Source: Octopus bimaculoides (Eukaryota). Taken from it: DNA of 43,111 nt. The stretch covers positions 20,806,669 through 20,849,779 of the forward strand of contig NC_069006.1 of assembly GCF_001194135.2 (NCBI RefSeq), given 5' to 3'. The position numbers and the translations under genes are program-made. The notes under the pieces were generated by a model. It worked only from the letters and a program-made list of their open reading frames with translations, was not told where the DNA came from and did not search any database. Every line of letters begins with the position of its first letter. Within the stretch, counting starts at the first letter, position 1. Below, in pieces: positions 11,641 to 22,574 of this stretch.

Positions 11641-12578
11641 TCAGTAAATAGTGGGGTTGTGTTATATNNNNNNNNNNNNNNNNNNNNNNNNNNNNNNNNN
11701 NNNNNNNNNNNNNNNNNNNNNNNNNNNNNNNNNNNNNNNNNNNNNNNNNNNNNNNNNNNNNNNNNNNNNNNNNNNNNNNNNNNNNNNNNNNNNNNNNNNN
11801 NNNNNNNNNNNNNNNNNNNNNNNNNNNNNNNNNNNNNNNNNNNNNNNNNNNNNNNNNNNNNNNNNNNNNNNNNNNNNNNNNNNNNNNNNNNNNNNNNNNN
11901 NNNNNNNNNNNNNNNNNNNNNNNNNNNNNNNNNNNNNNNNNNNNNNNNNNNNNNNNNNNNNNNNNNNNNNNNNNNNNNNNNNNNNNNNNNNNNNNNNNNN
12001 NNNNNNNNNNNNNNNNNNNNNNNNNNNNNNNNNNNNNNNNNNNNNNNNNNNNNNNNNNNNNNNNNNNNNNNNNNNNNNNNNNNNNNNNNNNNNNNNNNNN
12101 NNNNNNNNNNNNNNNNNNNNNNNNNNNNNNNNNNNNNNNNNNNNNNNNNNNNNNNNNNNNNNNNNNNNNNNNNNNNNNNNNNNNNNNNNNNNNNNNNNNN
12201 NNNNNNNNNNNNNNNNNNNNNNNNNNNNNNNNNNNNNNNNNNNNNNNNNNNNNNNNNNNNNNNNNNNNNNNNNNNNNNNNNNNNNNNNNNNNNNNNNNNN
12301 NNNNNNNNNNNNNNNNNNNNNNNNNNNNNNNNNNNNNNNNNNNNNNNNNNNNNNNNNNNNNNNNNNNNNNNNNNNNNNNNNNNNNNNNNNNNNNNNNNNN
12401 NNNNNNNNNNNNNNNNNNNNNNNNNNNNNNNNNNNNNNNNNNNNNNNNNNNNNNNNNNNNNNNNNNNNNNNNNNNNNNNNNNNNNNNNNNNNNNNNNNNN
12501 NNNNNNNNNNNNNNNNNNNNNNNNNNNNNNNNNNNNNNNNNNNNNNNNNNNNNNNNNNNNNNNNNNNNNNNNNNNNNG

Positions 12579-12823
12579 GTCGCGGTGGCAGTAGTAATAA
12601 AGTAGCAGTAGATGTAGTAGTGGTGGTAGTGGTAGTAGATGTAGTAGTGGTGGTAGTAGATGTAATAGTGGTGGTAGTAGTAGTAATAGATGTAGTAGTG
12701 GTGGTGGTGGTAGTAGTAGATGTGGTAGTGATAGTAGATGTAGTAGTAGTGGTGGTAGTAGTAGATGTAGTAGTGGTGGTAGTAGATGTAGTAGTGGTGG
12801 TAGTAGATGTAATAGTGGTGGTG

Positions 12824-12857
<34 letters not shown>

Positions 12858-13150
12858 ATGTAGTGGTGGTGGTGGTTGTAGTAGTAGATGTGGTAGTGGT
12901 AGTAGATGTAGTAGTGGTGGTAGTGGTAGTAGTAGTAGTAGTAGTTGTGGTGTTACAAGTAATGGCAGAGGTGTTTCTTGTCGCAGTGAATGTAACGGCG
13001 GCGGCGGACGTAGTTATAGGAACGCCGCCGTCACCGCCGCCGTCTAGCTGCTTCAACTGATGATGACGATGATGGTGGTGACGGCCATGACGATAGCAAT
13101 AATGATGATGGTGGTGGTGAAAATGATGATGATGATGACGGCGACGATCA
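12579..13150. repeat. Compound trinucleotide array (GTA/GTG/GAT, then GAT/GCG)
   Basis: Visible triplet periodicity; source of the poly-Val and poly-Thr pseudo-ORFs. Confidence 0.95.
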
Positions 13151-13354
13151 ATTGTTGTTTAAAGAGAGCGTCTTGGCGTTGTAAGTTAAGAGTTGCGAAA
13201 AAGAAAAAGAAACAAATCAAAACATCGGATCGACCACGACATGAAGTTGACGACTAATATGATTATTAGGATGAGAGCGACGATGACGGCAAGTGACGAA
13301 AGCCGAGTGATGACGATGATAACGACGATTATAGTCTTTTCTTTATTTATTTGA

Positions 13355-13540
13355 TGTGTTTTTAGTTCTCTCAGTCATTGGACAGCGACCATGCTGGAGC
13401 AGCGCTTGGAAGGGTTTCAGTCAAACAGGTCACCGCCAAGACCAATTTTTTAAAGCCACTTGTTCATTTTATCAGACTCTTTCGCCGAACCGCTACGTTA
13501 CGGGGACGTAAACACACCCACCAACAACGGAGGTGTGCGA
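13355..13540 (-). mobile_element. SINE family C, 3' half only
   Basis: CAGTCATTGGACAGCGACCATGCTGGAGCAGCGC...TTTTCGCCGAACCGCTACGTTACGGGGACGTAAACACAC. Confidence 0.8.
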
Positions 13541-13733
13541 TGAGAGAAATGAGTTGGGGTTACAAAAAGAACTCAATACATATGTATTTCAATGTCGATA
13601 TATAAATATATACTGTTCCGTGATGGTCTGATGATTGTGCTAGCATACCAGACGGATTAAAAAAGAACAGTTTGGCAGGCTCTCAGCACATGAAACTAAT
13701 AGCATATAAAACATGTATTGTGTTTATTAAATG

Positions 13734-13777
<44 letters not shown>

Positions 13778-13782
13778 ATAGA

Positions 13783-14005
13783 TATGGCAGTTCGGTAAGA
13801 AGTTTGCTTCCCAAGTACATGGCCCTGGGTTCAGGATTCAGCCTATTACGTGGCACTTTGGGCATGTGTCTTCTACTATAGCCTCGAGCCAGCCAAGGTC
13901 TTGTCTTGTGAGAGGATTTAGTAGAGAGAAACTGAAAGANNNNNNNNNNNNNNNNNNNNNNNNNNNNNNNNNNNNNNNNNNNNNNNNNNNNNNNNNNNNN
14001 NNNNN

Positions 14006-14045
<40 letters not shown>

Positions 14046-14103
14046 AGTTTGTCCTCCTACCACTGCTTGACAACTGGTGTTGGTGAATTGGCGTCCCCGT
14101 AAC
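13783..14103 (+). mobile_element. SINE family C, interrupted by a hAT MITE (resumes TTAGC at 14667)
   Basis: Head GGTAAGAAGTTTGCTTCCCAA...GTGGCACTTTGGGCATGTGTCTTCTACTATAGCC, a gap and (GT)n spacer, then tail up to GTCCCCGTAAC. Confidence 0.8.
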
Positions 14104-14658
14104 CAGGGCTGTGGGATCGGAGTCGGAAACAATTAAGGAGCAGCTGGAGTCGGAGTCTGTAAGACTATACGGACTCCGACTCACAAAGTCTTTATTCTTT
14201 AATATAAACCAGTTATAACCTAGGGGCCGACTCAGAGTACATGCGTATGCATATGCTTTATGAGATATGTAGACCACAATCACTTTATTACATAAAGAGG
14301 AGTCGGAGTCGCCAATAGTAGAGGAGTCAGAGTCAGAGGTGCCAATAGTAGAGGAGTCAAAGGTTCTAATAGTAGAGGAGTCGGAGATGCCAATAGTAGA
14401 GGAGTCGGAGGTGCCAATAGTAGAGGAGTCGGAGGTGGCAATAGTAGAGGAGTCAGAGGTGGCAATAGTAGAGGAGTCAGAGGTTCTAATAGTAGAGGAG
14501 TCGGAGGTGCCAATAGTAGAGGAGTCAGAGGTGGCAATAGTAGAGGAGTCAGAGGTGCCAATAGCAGAGGAGTCGGAGGTGCCAATAGTACAGAAGTCGG
14601 AGTTACCAATAGTACAGGAGTCGGAGTCGAAGCATTTTGTTTCGAGTCCACAGCCCTG
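14104..14658. mobile_element. hAT non-autonomous element (555 bp) with 8-bp TSD
   Basis: Perfect 11-bp TIR CAGGGCTGTGG (14104-14114) / CCACAGCCCTG (14648-14658). TSD CCCGTAAC (14096-14103) / CCTGTAAC (14659-14666). Many subterminal GGAGTC motifs. Confidence 0.9.
14311..14628. repeat. 24-bp minisatellite, 13 units (GCCAATAGTAGAGGAGTCRGAGGT), inside the hAT element
   Basis: Units counted directly. The first unit has a 6-bp expansion; start variants are GCC, GGC, TCT and ACC. Confidence 0.95.
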
Positions 14659-14771
14659 CCTGTAACTTAGCCTAAAATTTATTTTATCGGTCTCAAATTC
14701 TTGAAGGGAATGCCCTAGCATATATATATATACATATATATACGCACACATAAACCGGGTATACTTCCACG

Positions 14772-14963
14772 CCTCCCCCACAATCACTTGACAACCGGTG
14801 TTGGTGTGTTTACGCCTCCGTAACTTTCCTGTTCGGCAAAAGAGACCCGATAGAATAAACACTGGGGTTTACAAAGAATAAGACCTAGGGTCGATTTCTT
14901 CGATTAAATGTGGTGCTCCAGCATGGCCGCAGTCAAATGCCTGAGACAAGTAAAAGAATAAAA

Positions 14964-14964
<1 letters not shown>
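14772..14964 (+). mobile_element. SINE family C, 3' half
   Basis: CACTTGACAACCGGTGTTGGTGTGTTTACG...GTTCGGCAAAAGAGACCCGATAGAATAA...GGTGCTCCAGCATGGCCGCAGTCAAATGCCTGAGACAAGTAAAAGAATAAAAG. Confidence 0.85.
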
Positions 14965-15011
<47 letters not shown>

Positions 15012-15430
15012 GCATAGACTTATATACATTTATCTACTGAGAAGATGATATCTATTACTGCAAAGGAAATATCTTACACACACACACACAGAGTGGAAGC
15101 GCTTATTATAATTTCGTATTATGCTAGTAACCGGATACTGTTGTAAGAATATACTGGGCTCCGAAAATCCCTGTCTGATATTTGCTTAATGTTTGTTACC
15201 AGCTGGACTGGTCGTTAACGAAAAGGGCTTCGTCCCAATGTGACCACAATCTGTAGCTTCTGCTGTTATCTTTCAATCTATCATATTCACCAATGCATGG
15301 ATTTGTGTACGTATGTATGTATGTACCTATGCGTGTGTATGCATATATATATATATATACATACAGAGAGAGAGAGAAAGAGACATATGCATATATGTAT
15401 AATTATATATATATAGATATATACAATATG

Positions 15431-15474
<44 letters not shown>

Positions 15475-15947
15475 TATGTGTATATTTATATATATACATG
15501 TATNNNNNNNNNNNNNNNNNNNNNNNNNNNNNNNNNNNNNNNNNNNNNNNNNNNNNNNNNNNNNNNNNNNNNNNNNNNNNNNNNNNNNNNNNNNNNNNNN
15601 NNNNNNNNNNNNNNNNNNNNNNNNNNNNNNNNNNNNNNNNNNNNNNNNNNNNNNNNNNNNNNNNNNNNNNNNNNNNNNNNTGTACGTATGTATGTATGTA
15701 CCTATGCGTGTGTATGCATATATATATATATATACATGTCTATATATACATTTATATATGCACATATGAGTGTGTGTGTGTGTCTCTAAGGCGAGACATT
15801 CACTATCGGAACGCTTTTGACCGTTCAGAGCTAACTCGCTATACGACATAACACCAACAGGAACAACCTTAACCACAGGTAAAATTCCCCCTCAAAACCT
15901 CATAAAAATAACGATGGGGTGATTGATTAGTGAATATTATTGCCTGC

Positions 15948-16025
15948 CTCCCCCCCCCCCTGTACTTGACTGGTACTTTATTTTATCGACCCCGGACGGG
16001 AGGTCGATAAAGCTGGACTCGGTGA
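15948..16025 (-). mobile_element. SINE family A fragment
   Basis: GACTGGTACTTTATTTTATCGACCCCGG matches the central domain in reverse. Confidence 0.55.
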
Positions 16026-16159
16026 GCGACCTCCTGCCTGCATATTGTACAAAATTAGGTTTATGAGGACAGGTGTGGACATTAATGTTTTCGTGCGTAT
16101 ATAACGAATCTATGTCAATATATATGTAATAAATTATACAGTAGTTCACTTTAGACCAG

Positions 16160-16332
16160 GTATACTACTACTGCTACTTCTACTTTTACCATCACACCTC
16201 CACCACAAGTGGTACTACTATTATTACCACCACCTCTGCAACTACTACTATCACCACCACCACTACCACCACAGATACTACTAAAACTTTTACTTCTGTT
16301 CCTAACTAATATACTACTACCATAACCTTTCT

Positions 16333-16367
<35 letters not shown>

Positions 16368-16770
16368 ATATACTAACATTTTTACTACTGCTGCAACTAC
16401 TACCATCATCTTTGCTACGACCGTCACAACTACTCCCACCATCACCACCACAACAACATCTACTCGTACCACCACTGCTACTGCTAACATTTTTACTACT
16501 GCTACCACCACTACTACTACTACTTTTACTACTACTTTTACTACTACTACTCCTAACACTTTTACTACTACTACTACTACTACTACTACTCCTAACACTT
16601 TTACTACTACTACTACTGTTATTACTATTACTACTAACATTTTTACTACTACTACTACCACTACTATTAACCACTACCACCAGAACAGCTATTACTATGA
16701 CTACCACAACTATTTCAATTACTATTAGTACGACTACCACCACCGCTACTACTACTACTATCAATAATGG
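16160..16770. repeat. Compound (ACT/ACC)n array with recurring higher-order motifs (CTAACATTTTT, CTCCTAACACTTTT)
   Basis: Triplet periodicity; source of the poly-Leu, poly-Val and poly-Ser pseudo-ORFs. Confidence 0.95.
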
Positions 16771-17237
16771 TACACCTGATAGCAATAGTTCCTTTTATTT
16801 GCCACAAGGACGGTATACGAAAGCAACATTACTTAACCAGTAAATAGAAACAAATAAATAAAGAAAGAAAAAAGAAAAACAGGTATATAAAGACAAAGAC
16901 AAAAACAAAACAAAAAACAAACAGAATGTATTTACGTCCCAATACGAAGGGCGAGTTACCTCGGATCATTCACAGGAGATCACAAAAGAAAAAATATTAC
17001 CCATGGCTTCTAAGGGCAAATCCCTTGGGTAAGAAAACGAGTAAACACAGCACGTACAAATATGAAAGCGAGCAGGTCGAAACTTCGAAGTCACTATCTT
17101 GCGTAAGTAAAATAATATGTACTTTACAAAAAAATTAAAATATTGAGTAATTCTTTAGTCTAATGTTACCATAGTTTTCATAATAACACGACATTAAAAA
17201 AACAAAAAACGTATGTATGTATACACACACTCACACA

Positions 17238-17455
17238 TATATAACAAATGATTAATGAGTATATGCATATATACGTACAGGTATGTGCATACCTACGTCT
17301 ACCTGTATATATAGGTGCATATCTGGGTACAGGACATTGCAAACAAAACGTAGACAAAAAAAATAATAATAACCAGAGAACAGAAAACATACAGGCCACA
17401 TAGAGAACATTTTCCTTCATCAGCTGCCCCCATTCTAACACAGGCGTTTCGAATG
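17238..17455. mobile_element. Dispersed repeat, copy 1; possibly a Penelope-like element terminal region
   Basis: Colinear with 42965-43111 (GAGTATATGCATATATACGTACAGGTATGTGCATACC...CTGGGTACAGGACATTGCAAACAAAACGTAGAC...GCCACATAGAGAACA). Minus strand carries GAAACGC...CTGATGAAGG. The repeat is certain; the class is inferred. Confidence 0.6.
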
Positions 17456-17780
17456 CACACATGCATACACGAACACATATATAACATATACATACGTATA
17501 TCATGCTTATGTGTGTGTGTGTGTGTGTGTTTGTATATAGAGGTGCATACTAACATGTAGATACGTAGTGCAAGGCGTCACTTTCGGACGGAGTGTTCAA
17601 GATAAGATAAGAGCATCACGGTTGATAAGATTAAGCAGAGAATGCAACGAAAATCTTGCGAGTGTGTTTATGGGACCCCAGATATTATCCACAATAACAA
17701 CCGTTTGATAACACCATATACGTGATTAGAACTAGCAGTATATTAGAACTAGCAGTATATTCCTGATAAGTATTCATTGC

Positions 17781-18069
17781 ATCAAACTCCAAAGGAATGA
17801 AAGGTAAAATCGACCACAGCGGAATTTGAACTCAAAACATAGCCAGAAGCAATACCTACGCTAAATAATTTGTCCGACACGTTGAGGTGTACTAATAGCG
17901 ATGTTTTCAAATGTTGATACAAGACGAGCAATTTTCGAAGGCAGGAGGCAAAACAATTACATCGACCCCAGTGCTCAACTGGTAATGAGTTTATCGTCTG
18001 CGAAAGGATGAAAGGCAAGGTCGCCCTCAGCAGAATTTGAACACAGAACGTAAAGACGGACGAAATACC
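17781..18069 (-). mobile_element. Two truncated SINE family A copies (about 17781-17885 and 17953-18069)
   Basis: GAATGAAAGGTAAAATCGACC...GGAATTTGAACTC, and ATCGACCCCAGTGCTCAACTGG...GATGAAAGGCAAGGTCG...GACGAAATACC. Confidence 0.8.
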
Positions 18070-18299
18070 TATTTCTTTACTGCCCACAAGGGGCTACACA
18101 CAGAGGGGACAAACAAGAACAGACAAACGGATTAAGTCGATTATATCGACCCCAGTGCGTAACTGGTACTTAATTTATCGACCCCGAAAGGATGAAAGGC
18201 AAAGTCGACCTCGGCGGAATTTGAACTCAGAACGCAGTGGCAGACGAAATACCGCTAAGCATTTCGCCCGGTGTGCTAATGATTCTGCCAGCTCGCCGC
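18070..18299 (-). mobile_element. SINE family A with type-2 tail, full length and low divergence
   Basis: TATTTCTTTACTGCCCACAAGGG...GTCGATTATATCGACCCCAGTGCGTAACTGG...GGAATTTGAACTC...GATTCTGCCAGCTCGCCG. Confidence 0.9.
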
Positions 18300-18345
18300 T
18301 AAGCAGTTCACCCGAGGTTCTAACGATTCGGCCAGCTGACCGTCT

Positions 18346-18542
18346 AAATAGTCTTTTCTACTCTAGGTACAAGGCCCGAAATTTTGGGGGAGGGGACCAG
18401 TTGATTAGATCGACCCCAGTACGCAACTGGTACTTAATTTATCGACCCCGAAAGGTAAAGACGACCTCGGCGGAATGTGAACTCAGAACGTAAAGATAGA
18501 CGAAATACCGCTAAGCATTTCACCCGGCGTGCTAACGTTTCT
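18346..18542 (-). mobile_element. SINE family A (type-1 tail), missing its first ~14 nt
   Basis: TTTCTACTCTAGGTACAAGGCCCGAAATTTTGGGGGAGGGG...CGGCGTGCTAACGTTTCT. Confidence 0.85.
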
Positions 18543-18738
18543 TATTTCTTTATTGCCCACAAGGGGTTAAACATAGAGGGGACAAACAAGGACAAGCAAC
18601 GGGATTAAGTCGATTATATCGACCCCAGTGCGTAGCTGGTACTTAATTTATCGACCCCGAAAGGATGAAAGGCAAAGTTGACCTCGGCGGGATTTGAACT
18701 CGAAATACCGTGCTAACGTTTCTGGCAGCTCACCGCCT
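18543..18738 (-). mobile_element. SINE family A with type-2 tail, small internal deletion
   Basis: TATTTCTTTATTGCCCACAAGGGG...GCTAACGTTTCTGGCAGCTCACCGCC. Confidence 0.85.
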
Positions 18739-18752
18739 TTCACCGTCTTAAC

Positions 18753-19030
18753 AATAATAATAATAATCCTTTCTACTAAAGGCACAAGGCCTGAAATTTT
18801 GGGGGAGGGGACTAGTCGATTACATTGACCCCCAGTGTTTCACTGGTACTTAATTTATCGACCCCGAAAGGATGAAAGGCGGAATTTGAACCCCCCAGTG
18901 TTTCACTGGTACCTATTTTATCGACCCCCGAAAGAAGAAATCATGATAGGCAAAACCGACCTCGGCGTAATTTGAACTCAGAACGTAAAAGAACCGGAAG
19001 AACTACTCACCGCTAACCATTTTGTCTAAA
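18753..19030 (-). mobile_element. SINE family A (type-1 tail) with an ~40-bp internal duplication, flanked by (TAA)n
   Basis: CCCCCAGTGTTTCACTGGTAC...TTTATCGACCCC occurs at about 18829 and again at about 18892. (AAT)n tail at 18753 and (TAA)n at 19031-19075. Confidence 0.8.
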
Positions 19031-19038
19031 TGGCTAAC

Positions 19039-19077
<39 letters not shown>

Positions 19078-19158
19078 CATGACGATAATGATGATGAAGA
19101 TGATGATGATGATGGCGATAATGCTTGTACTTCGGTTATATAGAGATGTTTTCTGCAT

Positions 19159-19177
19159 TAGCCACCAGAGGGCAGCA
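19159..19177 (+). promoter_or_regulatory. CTCF-binding-site-like motif
   Basis: TAGCCACCAGAGGGCAGCA, close to the bilaterian CTCF consensus TGGCCACCAGRKGGCRSYA, in unique sequence. Confidence 0.55.
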
Positions 19178-19395
19178 GGCACCGTTGTTGAGAGAGAGGA
19201 CATTTTTGTAATTTTACTGAGACGCAAACAACTGTCACATGGGAAGCACATGGATACAAAAATACTACAGACTTCCGTACAATACGCTGCTGTATATTAG
19301 CGCTGTTACACGCGCATGCACGCAGACACATACATAGATGTGTTTGTGTGTATATATATATATATATACACACATACACACACACACACACACAC

Positions 19396-19437
<42 letters not shown>

Positions 19438-19924
19438 TCGAGTTAAGATTCACGTTGCAGTTTGTCAACGACAAATGGATGAGTGTATATATCTATATAC
19501 TCAATTTGTGGTGTAGGCTAATTTAAAGTCTCTCTCTCAGTATATGTTTGTGTTTATATACATATTTATATATACACATACATTTATACATGCATGCACA
19601 CGCACATAATTACCTATGTATATATATATACACACACATTATATTAGGTGGATAGATAGATAGATNNNNNNNNNNNNNNNNNNNNNNNNNNNNNNNNNNN
19701 NNNNNNNNNNNNNNNNNNNNNNNNNNNNNNNNNNNNNNNNNNNNNNNNNNNNNNNNNNNNNNNNNNNNNNNNNNNNNNNNNNNNNNNNNNNNNNNNNNNN
19801 NNNNNNNNNNNNNNNNNNNNNNNNNNNNNNNNNNNNNNNNNNNNNNNNGAATACAAGTTATACAAACGTTCATGTACGCACATATACACATACTCTTAGG
19901 CTGTGTGATATTAATGAGAAAACT

Positions 19925-20010
19925 GAAGTGACCAGACGATATATTTAAATGCTGACCAAGTCTGTCTTTTAACACATCAAGACAGGATATTGAGAGAGAA
20001 GAGTGTTGTC
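19925..20010 (-). pseudogene. Possible 3' remnant of a CR1/L2-type LINE ORF2
   Basis: Minus-frame peptide SCLDVLKDRLGQHLN resembles the S-L-D-x-F-K-x-R-L-D-x-x-L pattern at the end of CR1/L2 ORF2. The match is short. Confidence 0.25.
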
Positions 20011-20264
20011 TCATAAAAGCTACATACATGTATATGTTATACTGTTATACATATATACACATTGTCATGCTTATATACATAGATGCATGCATACAAACAT
20101 ATATACATGCTACATACACATATATACATGTGCATAGCTATCTACAGATATATATATCACATATTCACGAATGCCTATATATATCTATATATATATATAT
20201 ATACATACATACACGGAAGATGCTAATATATATACATATGTAAACTTGCATACATATATAAACT

Positions 20265-20308
<44 letters not shown>

Positions 20309-20399
20309 CATACACACATAAATATACAAAGATATACATATACATATATATAGATATATACAGATACGTGTTATATACATACCCATATTTTATACATAC

Positions 20400-20441
<42 letters not shown>

Positions 20442-20739
20442 CAAAGGCATAATTGTAATTGTGTTTGTATATGTTAGGATGTTTGTGAGTATAACAGAAA
20501 ACAAATACGATGTTTTTGTATATATGTATATATATAAGAAATATAGTGTGTGTGTCTATGCTCCTATGTAAGAGGGAGAAATGTGGTGTCTGGGCTAAAT
20601 GTTTATATATTTCTGGGTGTATATTTGTGTATGTAGATCGAGTGAAAAGTGTGTATCTATGTTCGTATGGTGTGGTTAAGATGCGAATTTTCAGAGATGC
20701 AAGTACGAGAACGGTATTTGAAAGTGTTGAAAAGTGAAA

Positions 20740-21762
20740 GAGGAATATGTGTGTGTGTGTGTGTGTGTTATGTGAATATGTGTGTGTGTGAGTGAGACTT
20801 ATGTGAGTGAATGTATCGTGTGAGGCTACACTTGTTGTGTGTTTGTTTATTGCTTGTTCGTGTGTTTATCTAATGTATCTATGATGGTGTGAACGTGCCT
20901 CTATGTGTCTGTGTATGTATGTGTTGCGAACGGGATACATACGATAGGGAATGAAAAAAATGTGTACAAGGGAAACATGTATATGTGTGAAGATGAGAAA
21001 GTGTAATGACCGCGAATAGAGTAGATAAAGTAAGGAATGAATTGGGTGTCTATGAGAGAGAGAGAGAAGAAAAAGAGAAACAAAGAAAGACGTGTGTGTG
21101 TGTTTGTGTTTGAGATAGCTGGGCTTGAATGTATCTGGTGTGTGTATTTGAGAGATACATAGATAGATAGATAGATAGATAGACAGAGCGATGGATAGAT
21201 AGATAGATAGATAGATAGATAGAAATATGTGCATGTATGTGCATCTGATTGTGTCTGTGTGAGGGAGAGACAGATAGAAGAAAAAACAGAGACGGATATA
21301 CTTGCACGTGTGTGTGTGTGTGTGTGTTTGAGTGTGTACGTGAGGGAGAGACAGAATAAATGATATGGAAACATGTGCAAGTGCGGGTTTGTGCGTGCGC
21401 ACGTGTTTCTGTGTGTGTGTATGTATGTGTGAGAGAGAGAGAGAGAGAGAGAGATAGAATGAGTGAGATAGAAACATGTGGGTATGTGTGTGTGCGCTTG
21501 TTTTGTATGTTTGTGTGCAAGGGAGAGAGAGAGAGAGAGAGAGAAAATAAAAGAGGCGGAAATATGTGCATGTGGGTTTTAGTGTGTACGTATGTATGAA
21601 TGTGTGTGTGTGTGTGTGTGTGTGTGTGTTCTGAGGGAGAGAAACAGACAATGTGAAGCGCGGAAATGTGTGTGTGTATATGTGAATGAGATGTAATGTG
21701 TATATAAGATAAACCAAAGGTTGTTGTTTGTGTTGGTGAAGTGGTGATAGAATGAGAAATTG

Positions 21763-21807
<45 letters not shown>

Positions 21808-22245
21808 AAAACAAATGCAGAATGGGAGAGAGAGAGAGAGAGAGAGAGACCAAAATAAATGCAGAGAATGAAACGAGGGAAAGGCAGAGATTAAAAATTA
21901 AACCCTTATAGAAATACGATAGAGAGATATTTAAAGAGAGAGAGAGAGAGAGAGAGAGAGGAATTGAGTATACAAGAAGGGGGGGAGGAGAGAACTATGT
22001 GATACGGGAATATTATTGTATGTGTGTGTGGAGGGGAGCATGTGTGAGAGAGTGCGTATGCTTAAGGGGGAAACTGTGTGTGTGTGTGTGTGTGTGTTTA
22101 AGGTTGTGTATACGTATGTATATATATATAAAAGAGATGGTTGATAGAGAAATATTATGTATATATATATATTATATATATGTTTGTGTGTGTGTAGAAT
22201 GCGTATGAAATTGTATGTGTGTCTGTGAATGGTTGTGTATATATA

Positions 22246-22292
<47 letters not shown>

Positions 22293-22539
22293 ATATATAT
22301 TAAAGAGATGTTTGTGATAGGGAAATATTATGTATATATGTGTGTGTAGAATATATGAGATAAGCGCGTGTGAGTAGAATATGTATGAAATCTTGTGTGA
22401 GGTTGTGGATTTATAGAGATGGTGATGATAGGGAAATACTGTGTGTATATATGTGTATGTATATGTGTAGAGTACGTATGAAACTGTGCCTATGCGTATA
22501 TGAGACAAGTGTGAGTGTGTATGTGTAGGGTATGTACCA

Positions 22540-22574
<35 letters not shown>

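Noticed and set aside
11651-13060. 469-aa and 464-aa poly-Val / poly-Thr ORFs
   Set aside because: Two thirds is an N gap and the rest is a GTA/GTG triplet array.
13628-13730. CTGATGA...GAAAC with a 6-bp TGTGCT/AGCACA stem (hammerhead-like)
   Set aside because: There is a T-T mismatch at the pair closing the core, and no convincing stem I or valid stem III plus NUH.
14311-14628. CRISPR-like periodicity
   Set aside because: There are no unique spacers and no cas genes; it is a pure tandem array in a eukaryotic context.
14044-14862. 272-aa ORF with TSDSSTIG repeats (ice-nucleation or mucin-like look) and the overlapping PIVEESEV and proline-rich ORFs
   Set aside because: They are translations of the 24-bp minisatellite inside a TSD-flanked hAT MITE. 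Several frames are open because the unit lacks stops, and the ORF ends lie in SINE sequence.
15303-15740. Duplicated TGTACGTATG...GCATAT block on both sides of the 15504-15680 gap
   Set aside because: Same assembly-artefact pattern; cannot be trusted as a real duplication.
16306-16843. Poly-Leu, poly-Val and poly-Ser ORFs
   Set aside because: (ACT)n microsatellite read-through.
20866-21853. 283-aa and 267-aa His/Thr/Leu/Ser-rich ORFs
   Set aside because: Dinucleotide repeats (HT, LS and IY runs) with no domain-like sequence.
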